From: an uncultured Oscillospiraceae bacterium
GTDB lineage: Bacteria > Bacillota > Clostridia > UBA1212 > UBA1255
Reading direction: 5' to 3'
Length of the DNA: 64,000 nucleotides
NCBI GenBank assembly: GCA_902472555.1
Contig: CABROF010000001.1
Coordinates: 32,025-96,024 of the forward strand
Positions within the stretch are counted from its first letter, which is position 1. Every line of letters starts with the position of its first letter. A program made the translations under genes and the position numbers. Shown piece after piece: positions 1-9,855 of this stretch. Under the pieces are notes generated by a model. That model saw only the letters and a list, made by a program, of their open reading frames with translations. It made no database searches and was not told the DNA's origin.

Positions 1-565
1 TCGGATCCGGCGACGTAAGGTACAGCACATACTCTCCCGCAGGCAGCTCTGAAAATGTCATAACATTCTCGTTGTTATCAGGATAATTCGCAAACTCCTG
101 TGTCGCCGCCGTATTGGTAAACATATGGCGGTAGCTGCCTTCCCATTTGTATAAGTCGAATATCAGAGTTCCGACTGCATCGGACCAGCTCGGACAGGTC
201 AGCTGCAAAGAATCAAACGGCGCGGTAGCATAGAACTGAATTGCAATCGATTCTGTAAGCATTTGCGGTTTTTTTATTGCAACCGCCGTTTCATTGAAAA
301 ATTGGACGGTAACAGACTCTTCCGAAATAATTTCAATTTTCGGAGTCGGCGCCGGGGTAGGCACTTCTGTCGGCATCTGCGTGGGAACCTCCGTGGGAAC
401 CTCTGTTGGCTGCACAGGAGAAGTAGGAACGGGCGTCTGTGTAGGGACCACAGCAGCAGGCGTTGTCTGGACATTTCCTGTATCTCCTGCACAGGCGCTT
501 GCCGCAAGGAGCAGTGCCGCAACAATACAGGTACAAAATAAAGTACTAAAAATTTTCTTTTTCAT
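1..565 (-). CDS. Partial lipoprotein (N-terminal 188 aa; C-terminus runs off the window). It has a signal peptide with a lipobox (LAASAC), then a Pro/Thr-rich linker (EVPTEVPTQMPTEVPTPAPTP), then a globular domain.
   Basis: Translating the minus strand by hand from the ATG at 565 gives MKKKIFSTLFCTCIVAALLLAASACAGDTGNVQTTPAAVVPTQTPVPTSPVQPTEVPTEVPTQ... with no stop codon before the window edge. An RBS (GGAGGC) lies upstream. The ORF track does not list it because it is truncated by the window edge. Confidence 0.5.
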   Translation of the reverse strand, partial: MKKKIFSTLFCTCIVAALLLAASACAGDTGNVQTTPAAVVPTQTPVPTSPVQPTEVPTEVPTQMPTEVPTPAPTPKIEIISEESVTVQFFNETAVAIKKPQMLTESIAIQFYATAPFDSLQLTCPSWSDAVGTLIFDLYKWEGSYRHMFTNTAATQEFANYPDNNENVMTFSELPAGEYVLYLTSPDP

Positions 566-585
566 GATTTGAGCCTCCGTTTATT

Positions 586-1944
586 TTAAGTTTCCTGTAC
601 AATACATGCACCGGTCAGCGCAATTTTGTTGTTTCTGCCGAGTGCATTTTCCGCAATGACCGTATATCCGCTGCCGGACACATCGAGAGACAGCGCGCGC
701 TCTGAAACAACAAATGTATTAGATAGAATCAGCATATTCTTTGTCTCTTCCAGATAAACGCCTGCCTCAGACTGTCCTTCAAACAGGTTATCACGCATAA
801 AGCCCTTATTGACGCCAATCGTATCATAAAAGCCGTACCGGCCGCCGGTAAGCTGATTATCGCTTACCGATACCATGGAGATATATGCCTCCGGAGCGCC
901 CTCTGTCCGGATACAGGAAAAAGCAGCCGTAATCTCATTCCGGTTGATAAAAATTCCGTCAGGGCCATGCCCTGCGCTGCGCAGTACGATGGCGCTTGCA
1001 CTGCTGCCGGACATTTTATTTCCTGCAATATCCACATGCAGAATCTCCTGGATCACAATCTGGCTGTCACCCGTATTTTCAAAAATATTTCCGTTAATCT
1101 TCAGGCCCTCGCTCCGGCCGGAAGACGTATATCTGCCGTCGCCTACCAGAATGCCCCGGCCCGTTCCTGTGAAATGGTTATCTACGATATAATCGTTAAT
1201 GGAAATTTCCTGTTCCAGCATAGAATAATAAACTGCATATGCCTCTGGATTGGAAACCGCAAATGTACAGCCGTCAATTTTACTGTCAGAGCCGTGGAAC
1301 GTGACTGCGTTTGACGGATTCTCTCTTCCTGATATGAACGTGCAGTTGAACGCCCTCAGATATACGGCAGATACAAGGCTCCCGCAGGTTCCGCGGTGCT
1401 CTATCCGCAGATCTATCATCTGAAAATTATATTTCATGAAAACGCGGAACATATCATCTGCCAATGTTTCCGCACCGATAATGGTCGAATCTCCATCTCC
1501 TTTTAGTACCAGCACCCGTGCATCGTTTTTCGGCACCTGAATCGTTTCGGAGATCAAATAGCTGCCGGATGGAAAATAGACGGTTGCGTTTTTCGCATAG
1601 GCAGCTTCCATCGCCTTACGCACGGCGGCGGTATCATCTGTGCTGCCGTCTCCTGCCGCACCGTAATCTTTTACATTCATATAAGCACTCTCTATTTCTG
1701 ATAATAGAACTTTGTCAATTCGTGCGGTCTCACTATTTTGCATTTCATCACCTTCATTCATTTGATTGTTCAAAGCCGCCGCAGGCTGCGTATGCGCCGC
1801 TTCAGCTGCCTCCGCATATCCTGCGGCGGAAAGTCCCGTACAACCGCACAGCAGCACAGGCAATAAAACGAGGATACTCAGAAGCCCGATTTTAACGCAG
1901 CGCCCTGCAGCGCCGCTGAAGAATATTTTCATTTTCATATGCAA
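586..1944 (-). CDS. Secreted or lipoprotein right-handed beta-helix protein of the pectate-lyase superfamily (GH28-like; polysaccharide lyase or hydrolase).
   Basis: N-terminal signal peptide (LLPVLLCGCTG). The motif KDYGAAGDGSTDDTAAVRKAMEAA is typical of Pectate_lyase_3/GH28-type beta-helix proteins. The ORF track uses a TTG start. Confidence 0.6.
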   Translation of the reverse strand: MHMKMKIFFSGAAGRCVKIGLLSILVLLPVLLCGCTGLSAAGYAEAAEAAHTQPAAALNNQMNEGDEMQNSETARIDKVLLSEIESAYMNVKDYGAAGDGSTDDTAAVRKAMEAAYAKNATVYFPSGSYLISETIQVPKNDARVLVLKGDGDSTIIGAETLADDMFRVFMKYNFQMIDLRIEHRGTCGSLVSAVYLRAFNCTFISGRENPSNAVTFHGSDSKIDGCTFAVSNPEAYAVYYSMLEQEISINDYIVDNHFTGTGRGILVGDGRYTSSGRSEGLKINGNIFENTGDSQIVIQEILHVDIAGNKMSGSSASAIVLRSAGHGPDGIFINRNEITAAFSCIRTEGAPEAYISMVSVSDNQLTGGRYGFYDTIGVNKGFMRDNLFEGQSEAGVYLEETKNMLILSNTFVVSERALSLDVSGSGYTVIAENALGRNNKIALTGACIVQET

Positions 1945-1980
1945 TAAACCTCCTCTTTTCAGCCGATCGAAGCCGTCCTA

Positions 1981-3321
1981 TCAGAAAAAGTTATCCTGCT
2001 GATATTTCTCTGCATTTGGGATCCAGCATGCGCCGCTGATCACATTGTACCGCAGTACCGTCTCCTCATCTAAAGCGCCGATAAACACGGAATATAGAGC
2101 TTCACTGCCGCAGTACACGATATTTCCTTCAATGGTGTTCCGCACGGAATCGGTAATATAAATAGATGCGCCATTGCTTTCCACAAAATAATTATTTATG
2201 ATAGAAAAATCCGTAAATTTCGAGGATGTAATGCGGACTCCGTAATAACCCCAAAAATAGTTATCCGTAATCGTAACCCCGGTGATTGTGCCTCCCCCGG
2301 AAACATCAGTCACAACGCCCCCCGGCATATCCGTCCGTTCTTCATAGCCGGTAATATCCTTATTTTTCGATCCCATATAATTATAACGAATGTCCACATT
2401 TTGAATGCCGTTCTCATCCGGATTCAAAAGAATTGCTGTTGTAGCGGCATCCAGCATATTGTTTTGGATCACGCACCCGTCCACAGCCTTAATATAGACC
2501 TGACCCGGAGCAGGAAATAAGAATACGTTCCGCAAAATATGGATTTCCCGCGGACAGCTTCCGGAATCTTCACTGTCAATCAGCACAGAATGCGGAAGAT
2601 TTCCGCCGAAATAGGAATCTGCAAGCGTATTGCATTTCATTTCTCTGCCTGTTTTTTTTGTAAAGCGCACAATATAGCCGTTTGTCGTTCCCGGACCGAA
2701 ATAGCAGCTCCCGATATAATTATCAGAGCCGCTGACCACAACGGCAGTATCCCGATTCTTTTGATTTCCCTGAAGAAATGTACACTCCGTTATGACACTT
2801 CTTTCAGAAGCAAGCTCCAGGACAGAACCTTCCGATGCATTATTTTTTAAAGATAAATATGAGATATGCACATCCGGTCTTTCAATAACGAACAAATCTC
2901 CTCCCACCACAGGGCCGGACTGAATGACCGTCTCCCGCATACGGTTGGGATCCCCGGCCAGCGTAATCGTCCCGGCGCCCTCTGCGGCGATTCGAATTGG
3001 TTCATTGACCTTATATTTTCCTTCTGGAAAATAAATCGTGCCGCCGCCTGCCGCAGCTGCATAGGCAATTGCCTCCCGTATCGCCTGCGTATCGTCAATT
3101 CTGCCGTTTCCGGCCGCACCGAAATCCATAATGTTATAAACGGCACTGTCGCCTGTCAGTACAGGTGCCTTTTGATATACAACTTCATTTTTCACATGCT
3201 CACCATCCTTTGTTGCAGTTGGTTCCGGTTTATAATCGGAATCCGAACGCCCGCCGCAGCCGGCAATCCCGAAAATCAGAAAAACCGTCAGCATACAAAT
3301 CAAATAGACTTTTAATTTCAT
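1981..3321 (-). CDS. Lipoprotein right-handed beta-helix protein of the pectate-lyase superfamily, a paralogue of the preceding gene.
   Basis: Lipobox IAGCGG. Motif YNIMDFGAAGNGRIDDTQAIREAIAYAAAAGGGTIYFPEGKYKV (the Y-DFGA-GDG-DDT-AIQ signature). It sits in tandem with the 586..1944 gene. Confidence 0.6.
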   Translation of the reverse strand: MKLKVYLICMLTVFLIFGIAGCGGRSDSDYKPEPTATKDGEHVKNEVVYQKAPVLTGDSAVYNIMDFGAAGNGRIDDTQAIREAIAYAAAAGGGTIYFPEGKYKVNEPIRIAAEGAGTITLAGDPNRMRETVIQSGPVVGGDLFVIERPDVHISYLSLKNNASEGSVLELASERSVITECTFLQGNQKNRDTAVVVSGSDNYIGSCYFGPGTTNGYIVRFTKKTGREMKCNTLADSYFGGNLPHSVLIDSEDSGSCPREIHILRNVFLFPAPGQVYIKAVDGCVIQNNMLDAATTAILLNPDENGIQNVDIRYNYMGSKNKDITGYEERTDMPGGVVTDVSGGGTITGVTITDNYFWGYYGVRITSSKFTDFSIINNYFVESNGASIYITDSVRNTIEGNIVYCGSEALYSVFIGALDEETVLRYNVISGACWIPNAEKYQQDNFF

Positions 3322-3654
3322 TCACACAGCCTCCTTATCACTTATAACTGATAAGCCTAAAACAGATTGGATTGCTTATAGGCATTACATACCGATCGCC
3401 CCTTTCCGTATAAAATCCGATACAATTCCTATTTTTCTTATAAATTGCATACAATATTTATCAGTCATGACCCAAAGCCACCTATGTTTATAAGTATAGT
3501 GATTCCGTTCCGATCCTGTATATAGGAAATGGCGATATATATTTTTAGGGTTTTCCGATATGTGTTGTTTTTTATGGAATGCTGTGATATATTATCGGTA
3601 AGCACAAAATACATTAAAATAGCTATTCTGCAGAGAAAGGGCGGTCTGTCTGAT

Positions 3655-4557
3655 ATGATTGAAGAAAAGCTGTACCGATATGCCAGAGACGGCGAACAGC
3701 TCTGTCTCAATGAATCAATTGCAGCAGATCCGATCATCGCCATGCATACCCATGATTTTATTGAATTAAGTTATATTCGAAAAGGGCATGCAGTACATCT
3801 TCTGAACGGATCGCAAATTTCTGTATCTGAGGGAGATCTCTTTTTATTAGCATACGGCTGCAGTCACACCTTTGAAGCATGTTCTCATGACTTTACATAC
3901 ATGAATGTGCTGTTCCGCCCTCAGATTTTCGGAGAATCATATCAAGACTCTCCTTATTTAGATGATATTTTTCAAATGCCGTGTTTTAGAACAGGTTTTG
4001 AGTTTAAAGCAAAAAAAATTCCGCAGATTCATTTATTCCAAATCGGAAGCACCTTTGCAGCTGATTTCAAGGCTCTGATGGATGAATATTATAAGGGGCT
4101 TCCGGGATATCAGATCATTTGTAAAAATCAGCTTGCAAATATTCTGGTCAAGATCGGGAGAACCTATATGCAGGTCAGCCATATTACCGCAAAATGCCCG
4201 GAACAAGAACTGATCCATATTATTTATGACTATTTTAAGCTTACCTCCTCATTCAGAAAGGTACGGCTGGAGGATATTGCCCAGCGGGTCTATATGCATC
4301 CCGACTATCTTGCAAAAATTTTCAAGGAAAAGGTCGGGATTAATATTTCCGTCTTTATTCGGAATATCCGGCTGGAAACAGCCGCCATGCATCTGCGGAC
4401 GACAAATATGAACGTCTGCGATATCATGCGGTTTGTCGGCTATCAGGATACAAAAAATTTCTATAAGGCATTTAAAGCAGTTTATCATCTTACGCCTGCA
4501 AAATATCGTGCACAGTATAAGCACGCGGCAGAGACAGCACGGAAATGTGCAAAATAA
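3655..4557 (+). CDS. AraC/XylS-family transcriptional regulator (cupin sensor plus C-terminal HTH).
   Basis: The C-terminus IAQRVYMHPDYLAKIFKEKVGINISVFIRNIRLETAAMHLRTTNMNVCDIMRFVGYQDTKNFYKAFKAVYHLTPAKYR is an AraC HTH. The likely start is ATG 3655 (MIEEKLYRY), preceded by AAAGGG. The track ORF begins at 3529 through an AT-rich promoter region. Confidence 0.75.
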   Translation: MIEEKLYRYARDGEQLCLNESIAADPIIAMHTHDFIELSYIRKGHAVHLLNGSQISVSEGDLFLLAYGCSHTFEACSHDFTYMNVLFRPQIFGESYQDSPYLDDIFQMPCFRTGFEFKAKKIPQIHLFQIGSTFAADFKALMDEYYKGLPGYQIICKNQLANILVKIGRTYMQVSHITAKCPEQELIHIIYDYFKLTSSFRKVRLEDIAQRVYMHPDYLAKIFKEKVGINISVFIRNIRLETAAMHLRTTNMNVCDIMRFVGYQDTKNFYKAFKAVYHLTPAKYRAQYKHAAETARKCAK

Positions 4558-4601
4558 ACTGTCCATTATCCATTTACGCACAGCTCGCGTTCTGGCGGAG
4601 A

Positions 4602-5621
4602 TTAGTTACCATAATTTTCTGTATTTCTGCAAACGGATTCATAGTAATGCTTCAGCAGATCAGCCTGTTTTTGGAGATCGCGGCTTTTTGCGACCTGATA
4701 TCCGGCTTCTGTTAATCTGCATAATTTTCCTTCCAGGATTCCTGATATATATGCGGAAAACTGCTCATTATCCTTTGCCTTGTAAACCTGCAGTCCGTTT
4801 TCGAGCCATTTGTCGTATACCGGAATCGACCGCAGCAGCACTGGAATCTTTGTCGCCAGCGCTTCGAGCACTACAATTCCTTCCGTTTCCTCATAGGAGG
4901 GGAAGAAAAACAAATCGGCGCCACTGTATGCACCGCGCAATTCATCCTTTGTAACGTATCCGGCGAACTTTAAATTTGGAAGCTCCGTGCGCAGCGCTTT
5001 TCGGATCTTCCTCGGAATCAGAGCCGGGTTGGTATGACCAAACCAGATAAACTGATATTGCGGCATATGCTTTGCAATTTCCACAAAATCCAGGATTCCC
5101 TTTCGTTCAAAAAACAATCCTACGGACATAACGATCTTCTCGTCCGCTCCGTATCCGTATTTTTTTCGAAAAGCCTTTCCTGCTTCTGCATCCGGATAAA
5201 ACAGATTTGTGTCGACGCCATTGGAGATGGAACGGATCGGCTTCGTAATCCCGTATTCCTCCAAAAGTCCTTTCGAATATTCCGTAGGCGTTAAAATCAG
5301 ATCTCCGGTACTGTAGCATTTTTTGATCCATGATTTAAAAAGAGGTGCGATCAGATTAGACCCGACAAAGGAATTTTGAAAATCCTCCTTTGTTGAATGG
5401 GCATGATATACCACGGCCTTTCCCTGCCGTTTTGCCCGTTTGCTCATCAGGTAATCTCCGGGAAAGATCGTATTGATATGTATGATATCGTATGCATCTT
5501 TTGTATTTGTAGTTACCTCTATATTATTTTTCGTAAGCGATTCGACCTGCATTTGCATTGCTCTGCCGACGCCGCTCTGCCTCACTGTCTCCAAGTGTTT
5601 GGAATATATCAAAACTTTCAT
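4602..5621 (-). CDS. Family GT4 glycosyltransferase, probably a glycolipid (diacylglycerol) glycosyltransferase.
   Basis: MKVLIYSKH N-terminus and the EETEGIVVLEALATKIPVL (E-x7-E) motif. It overlaps the upstream GT by about 98 nt. Confidence 0.75.
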   Translation of the reverse strand: MKVLIYSKHLETVRQSGVGRAMQMQVESLTKNNIEVTTNTKDAYDIIHINTIFPGDYLMSKRAKRQGKAVVYHAHSTKEDFQNSFVGSNLIAPLFKSWIKKCYSTGDLILTPTEYSKGLLEEYGITKPIRSISNGVDTNLFYPDAEAGKAFRKKYGYGADEKIVMSVGLFFERKGILDFVEIAKHMPQYQFIWFGHTNPALIPRKIRKALRTELPNLKFAGYVTKDELRGAYSGADLFFFPSYEETEGIVVLEALATKIPVLLRSIPVYDKWLENGLQVYKAKDNEQFSAYISGILEGKLCRLTEAGYQVAKSRDLQKQADLLKHYYESVCRNTENYGN

Positions 5622-6786
5622 GATTTTTCACGGCCTTTTCCTTTAATATTTTTATATACAGCGATTCCATATTAAGACCGAATTGTTCGCGGCCGTACAG
5701 TAAAGAAATCTGTCTGCTGCGCCCCGAAGCAATTTTACGCCATTTCTCCGTATATAACGCAGCCGATACATAACGACAGAAATTTTTCCGGTCCGTATAA
5801 ATAAATCCGTTCTTCCCATGCTCCAGGACACCCTCCAAACAGGAATCCGCACGGCACACTAACGGCAGACCGCTGGCCGCTGCCTCAATATACGTCAGTC
5901 CCTGGGTCTCGCTGGTAGAGGCGCATACAAAGACATCGCCTAATTGATAATAGTCCGGCACCTGTTCAGGCAAAACCATTCCGGTAAAAACCACATGATC
6001 AGAAATCTGAAGTTCTGCTGCCAGCTGCTGCAGGCTCTCTTTCGCGGGTCCGCCTCCGACAATCAAAAAGGTTACATCCGGCTGTATCCGAAGAAAATCT
6101 TTAAAATAATACAGCAGCTCGGAAAGATTTTTCTCAAAGCCTAAGCGGCCTAAATTCAATATAATTTTATGATGCGCCGGAATTTTCAGACGGTCCCGCA
6201 GCTCTTGCTGTACCTTTTTATCCGCGGAACGGTAAAATACCGATAAATCAATTCCCGTCGGAATGACCGTGACCGGATTGGTCACGCCGTAGCTGCGGAG
6301 CGTCCGCATAACCTTTTTCGTCGGCGCAATGATTGCGGAAACATGACGCAGCCGTTTCCTGGTAAATGCCGGGAGGGCCCCCTTCGGCATAATCCGGCCG
6401 CCTAAAAGGTAACGCATATATTGCTCGTAAAGCGTATGATACGTATGAACCATCGGGGTATGCGTATGAGAGACCACCTTCTGCGCAAGGCCAAAACTGA
6501 AAAACTCACATTGGCTGTGCACAATATCCGGATTCCATCGGATAATCTCCTCAATCAGCGTACCACCGTATTTTACCGGGAATCGAATGTTCGGATATAC
6601 AAATCCCAGCGGAAGCGAGGACATATAATACACGTGGTTTTCACAATGCGACGTTTTATCATTGGAAACCGTCAGGACCCGGACTTCATGTCCTAAATTC
6701 TCAAGTTCCCCTCTCAAGTTCACGATAGAAGATACCACACCGTTGATCAGCGGTTCGTATAGGTCGGTTGTGATTAAAATTTTCAT
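5524..6786 (-). CDS. Family GT4 glycosyltransferase (processive glycolipid synthase-like).
   Basis: MKILITTDLYEPLINGVVSSIVNLRGELENLGHEV ... SETQGLTYIEAAASGLPLVC. The start is ATG 6786 with a GGAGGT RBS. The track ORF extends to 6810. Confidence 0.75.
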   Translation of the reverse strand: MKILITTDLYEPLINGVVSSIVNLRGELENLGHEVRVLTVSNDKTSHCENHVYYMSSLPLGFVYPNIRFPVKYGGTLIEEIIRWNPDIVHSQCEFFSFGLAQKVVSHTHTPMVHTYHTLYEQYMRYLLGGRIMPKGALPAFTRKRLRHVSAIIAPTKKVMRTLRSYGVTNPVTVIPTGIDLSVFYRSADKKVQQELRDRLKIPAHHKIILNLGRLGFEKNLSELLYYFKDFLRIQPDVTFLIVGGGPAKESLQQLAAELQISDHVVFTGMVLPEQVPDYYQLGDVFVCASTSETQGLTYIEAAASGLPLVCRADSCLEGVLEHGKNGFIYTDRKNFCRYVSAALYTEKWRKIASGRSRQISLLYGREQFGLNMESLYIKILKEKAVKNHESFDIFQTLGDSEAERRRQSNANAGRIAYEK

Positions 6787-6857
6787 AGCAACCTCCGTAT
6801 CCGCGCCCATTCTTCGGACGCCTGTTTATAAAACGCCTCTATTCTATACATACGGCC

Positions 6858-7454
6858 TTATCCTAACAATCCGACAAGCCATTCCTGGGCCGCAAGTAAA
6901 GCCAGACTATATAAAAATATAGATGCCGGCTTTCCAAAAACAATGACTGCAGAAAATCTTTTCAGCGATAAATTCGAGATTCCCGCAACCATACATAAAA
7001 AATCATCCGGCGCCACCGGAAAAATAATGGCCAGTGTAAAAAGCCGTGCGAATCTTTTTTCATTATCCAGCCATCCCATATATTTGTGATATGTTTTTTC
7101 CGATACAAAAGACTGGATAAAAGGCTTCCCGTAATACCGTGCTAAAAAGAAATTAATAAAGGATCCGATGACAATACCGATATAATTATAAAGGAATCCC
7201 CACCATACACCATACAGCAGAACCCCTGCCATGCAGCTGATGCCGCCGGGAATGATCGGAATCACCACCTGCACAATCTGGATAATAATAAACAGAAGAA
7301 TTCCCAGCCAGCCGGCATGATCAACAAAATCCGTCAATACCACTTGATCCTGAAACAGGCCGATGTGAAAGCCATAAATACAGAACGCCACGGTGCACAG
7401 CAGGCCTGTGATTGTCAAAATATGAATCGTTCTGCGCGAAATTGACCTTGTCAT
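6858..7454 (-). CDS. DedA/SNARE-associated (TVP38/YqaA) family membrane protein.
   Basis: Polytopic hydrophobic sequence with the DedA-like core GWLGILLFIIIQIVQVVIPIIPGGISCMAGVLLYG ... NFFLARYYGKPF. Confidence 0.7.
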   Translation of the reverse strand: MTRSISRRTIHILTITGLLCTVAFCIYGFHIGLFQDQVVLTDFVDHAGWLGILLFIIIQIVQVVIPIIPGGISCMAGVLLYGVWWGFLYNYIGIVIGSFINFFLARYYGKPFIQSFVSEKTYHKYMGWLDNEKRFARLFTLAIIFPVAPDDFLCMVAGISNLSLKRFSAVIVFGKPASIFLYSLALLAAQEWLVGLLG

Positions 7455-7588
7455 CGTTTTCCGGTATTCCTTTCCTCTCAGAGCATAAATACATCAAGCG
7501 CCCAATTTCACGCTTTATGCACGGGTTGTATTATAGCAGTTCATTCTTAATCTATTCTGGTGGAATTTTTAAGGTTTTCCTAAATAAA

Positions 7589-8986
7589 TTAAGAGAGATG
7601 TTTAAACTCCATGATAATCTCAAGCTTTTTATCCGAAAATCTGCCGTAAACCCGGCCGTTCATCAATCTCAGGATCTCCGCAACAATCGATAAGCCGAGC
7701 CCCGAGGATTCCGCGTGCCGATCTTCATTTCCCACATACATCCGTTCAAAAAGCAGATCCGTCTTTCCCTCCAGCTGCAGCTCTGTTTCATTTGCCAGTA
7801 TGACTGACGCCCGTTCATCAAGCACCTCCAAATTTAGCAGCACAGGTCTGCCGGGGGTACCGTATTTTCTGATATTATCGAATAAATTATCAAAAACTCT
7901 GTACAATAAGTTCGGATCGCAGTAAATCGGGACGTTCCCGCTGACACCGTGCAGTGCAACCGGCAGATCCTGTTCTCCTACATATTGCTCTACAAACGTT
8001 ACAAGATCGATTTTTGTGAGGTCAGTCTGAAAATCTCCGTTAATAAGCTTTGTATAAGTGAAAAGGTCATCTATTAAATGCTGCAGACGTCTGCATTTGC
8101 GAAGCGCGCCGTTTACATATTCCGCAGCCTCGGACGTATCTTTGAATTTACGGTTTACCAAAATATCCAGATACCCAATGATAATTGTCAGCGGGGTCCG
8201 CAGATCATGGGAAATATTGGTAATCAGCCGCCGCTGCTGCTGGTCCAAAACCTTCTCATGCTCCATGATCTCTTTCAGCGATTCGCTCATATGATTAAGG
8301 GATGAAGACAGATGCGCCAATTCACTGTTTCCGATTACCGGTAATTTGTAATCCAGCATTCCCCCTGCAATCATTTCAATTCCATCGTCAATGCATTTGA
8401 TATATTTCAGTTTTTTCCGCATTAAGAAAAATAAAATGACCAAAAATAAAAAAATAGACATTGCCAGCACCGAGCCCTCATACGCATAAGAAATTAATTT
8501 TTCTACGCGCGGGCGTGCAAGCACAAAACTGCTGAAGTCCGCATAGGTAATGGAAAAAACATACAGGCCGGTAGAAGCAAAACTCAGACTGCTCAAGTGG
8601 AAATCATCATCATCGCTTGCCGCAAATACGCCGTCTTCACCGAACAAATAGATATCATAATTTTCTACGCGGCTGAACACCTTTGTTTTTACGGCCTGGT
8701 CAAAAGACAGATTGCGTTCTGTAATTACTTTTTGAATATCCTCGATAATTCCGTTCAGAACATTCGTCTCATTTTCCCGCGCCTGCCGGTACTGATTCAG
8801 CGCGACGCGTTCCGCCAGCGTTGTCAGAAGGCCCCAGGTTCCGATGCTGATCACCGCCGCAATAATAACGGCAATCAAAACTTGTACGTATAGCTTACTT
8901 GCCGTCTGTTTTATCCACTTTATAGCCAACACCCCATATCGTCTTAATGTATTTCGGGTTTTTTGCATCCTCTTCCAGTTTTTCAC
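7589..8986 (-). CDS. Sensor histidine kinase with two transmembrane segments, a periplasmic sensor, HisKA and HATPase_c domains.
   Basis: H-box ISHDLRTPLTIIIGYLDIL and G-box GLGLSIVAEILRLMNGRV. The start is uncertain. The ORF overlaps the response-regulator gene by 92 nt, and a downstream TTG near 8876 is possible. Confidence 0.8.
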   Translation of the reverse strand: MKNWKRMQKTRNTLRRYGVLAIKWIKQTASKLYVQVLIAVIIAAVISIGTWGLLTTLAERVALNQYRQARENETNVLNGIIEDIQKVITERNLSFDQAVKTKVFSRVENYDIYLFGEDGVFAASDDDDFHLSSLSFASTGLYVFSITYADFSSFVLARPRVEKLISYAYEGSVLAMSIFLFLVILFFLMRKKLKYIKCIDDGIEMIAGGMLDYKLPVIGNSELAHLSSSLNHMSESLKEIMEHEKVLDQQQRRLITNISHDLRTPLTIIIGYLDILVNRKFKDTSEAAEYVNGALRKCRRLQHLIDDLFTYTKLINGDFQTDLTKIDLVTFVEQYVGEQDLPVALHGVSGNVPIYCDPNLLYRVFDNLFDNIRKYGTPGRPVLLNLEVLDERASVILANETELQLEGKTDLLFERMYVGNEDRHAESSGLGLSIVAEILRLMNGRVYGRFSDKKLEIIMEFKHLS

Positions 8987-9611
8987 GTAGCTTCCGAATA
9001 TGTACGGATACAGTATTCTCTGCGTTCAGAATACTTTCTTCCCCCCAAACCAGCCTGTATATTTTATCAATACTGAATACATTTCCGCAGTTTTGCGCCA
9101 GCAGGGTCAGGATGTTGAATTCCGTTTTTGTAAGAACGACCTGCCGGCCGTCTTTCAGCACTGTGTGTGCATCAAGATCAATCTCCAGGTCGCTGATCTG
9201 TAGTTTCGAAGAATCACTCCTATTTAGCGGCACAGCCTTCTCATACTCCAGATATCTGCGCAGATTTGATTTAATCCGCGCTATCAGCTCCACAGTGTTA
9301 AACGGCTTGGTGATATAGTCGTCGGCGCCGATGGTCAATCCGATTACTTTATCCGCATCATCTGCTTTTGCCGTCAAAAACAAAATCGGCATTGTATAAT
9401 GCTCTCGTATTTTCGCACACACTTCCATACCATCCATTCCCGGCATCATAATATCCAGCAGTACCAGGGCAATCGTTTCGTCTGCAAGCTGCAGCGCCTC
9501 TTCTCCGTCTGCCGCCTCAATAATATCATACTCTTCGCCGGATAAATATATTTTTACGATCTTTCTGATATCCGGATCGTCGTCCACAATCAGAATCCGT
9601 TCCCTTCCCAT
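8895..9611 (-). CDS. OmpR-family response regulator (receiver plus winged-helix DNA-binding domain).
   Basis: ILIVDDDPDIRK ... LLDIMMPGMDGMEV ... TIWGVGYKV. Start ATG 9611 (MGRERIL). Confidence 0.85.
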   Translation of the reverse strand: MGRERILIVDDDPDIRKIVKIYLSGEEYDIIEAADGEEALQLADETIALVLLDIMMPGMDGMEVCAKIREHYTMPILFLTAKADDADKVIGLTIGADDYITKPFNTVELIARIKSNLRRYLEYEKAVPLNRSDSSKLQISDLEIDLDAHTVLKDGRQVVLTKTEFNILTLLAQNCGNVFSIDKIYRLVWGEESILNAENTVSVHIRKLREKLEEDAKNPKYIKTIWGVGYKVDKTDGK

Positions 9612-9855
9612 ATAACCGCCTCTTTTCGTTTTTATTTCAGCCCCGCGAACACATAGCTGCATCCGCCGGTTTGCATTCCGTATGTATTATACCAAAAGAA
9701 ACCAAAAAAAGCACCGGCCGCAAAACAGCGTGCCGTATATTTCTGCTTCCCGCCCCTTGGGCATACTTGACATTGTAAAAAAATCAATGCATGATATGAT
9801 CCTGCCGGTAAACGGACACGCAGCGATAGAATGGATACGTCGGAGGAGTAGGAAA

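Noticed and set aside
263-572. Four overlapping 67 to 92-aa ORFs on both strands with VGTSVG and RRR-rich low-complexity translations.
   Set aside because: They are out-of-frame or antisense readings of the Pro/Thr-linker repeat of the genuine minus-strand lipoprotein gene (1..565). They are not independent genes.
3529-3654. N-terminal 42-codon extension of the AraC ORF (MAIYIFRVFRYVLFF...).
   Set aside because: It runs through an AT-rich promoter-like region. An ATG with an RBS at 3655 gives the normal AraC length.
9682-9855. 58-codon 5' extension of the 9856..11598 membrane-protein ORF.
   Set aside because: A strong GGAGGAG RBS precedes ATG 9856. The upstream stretch lacks coding character and probably holds the promoter.
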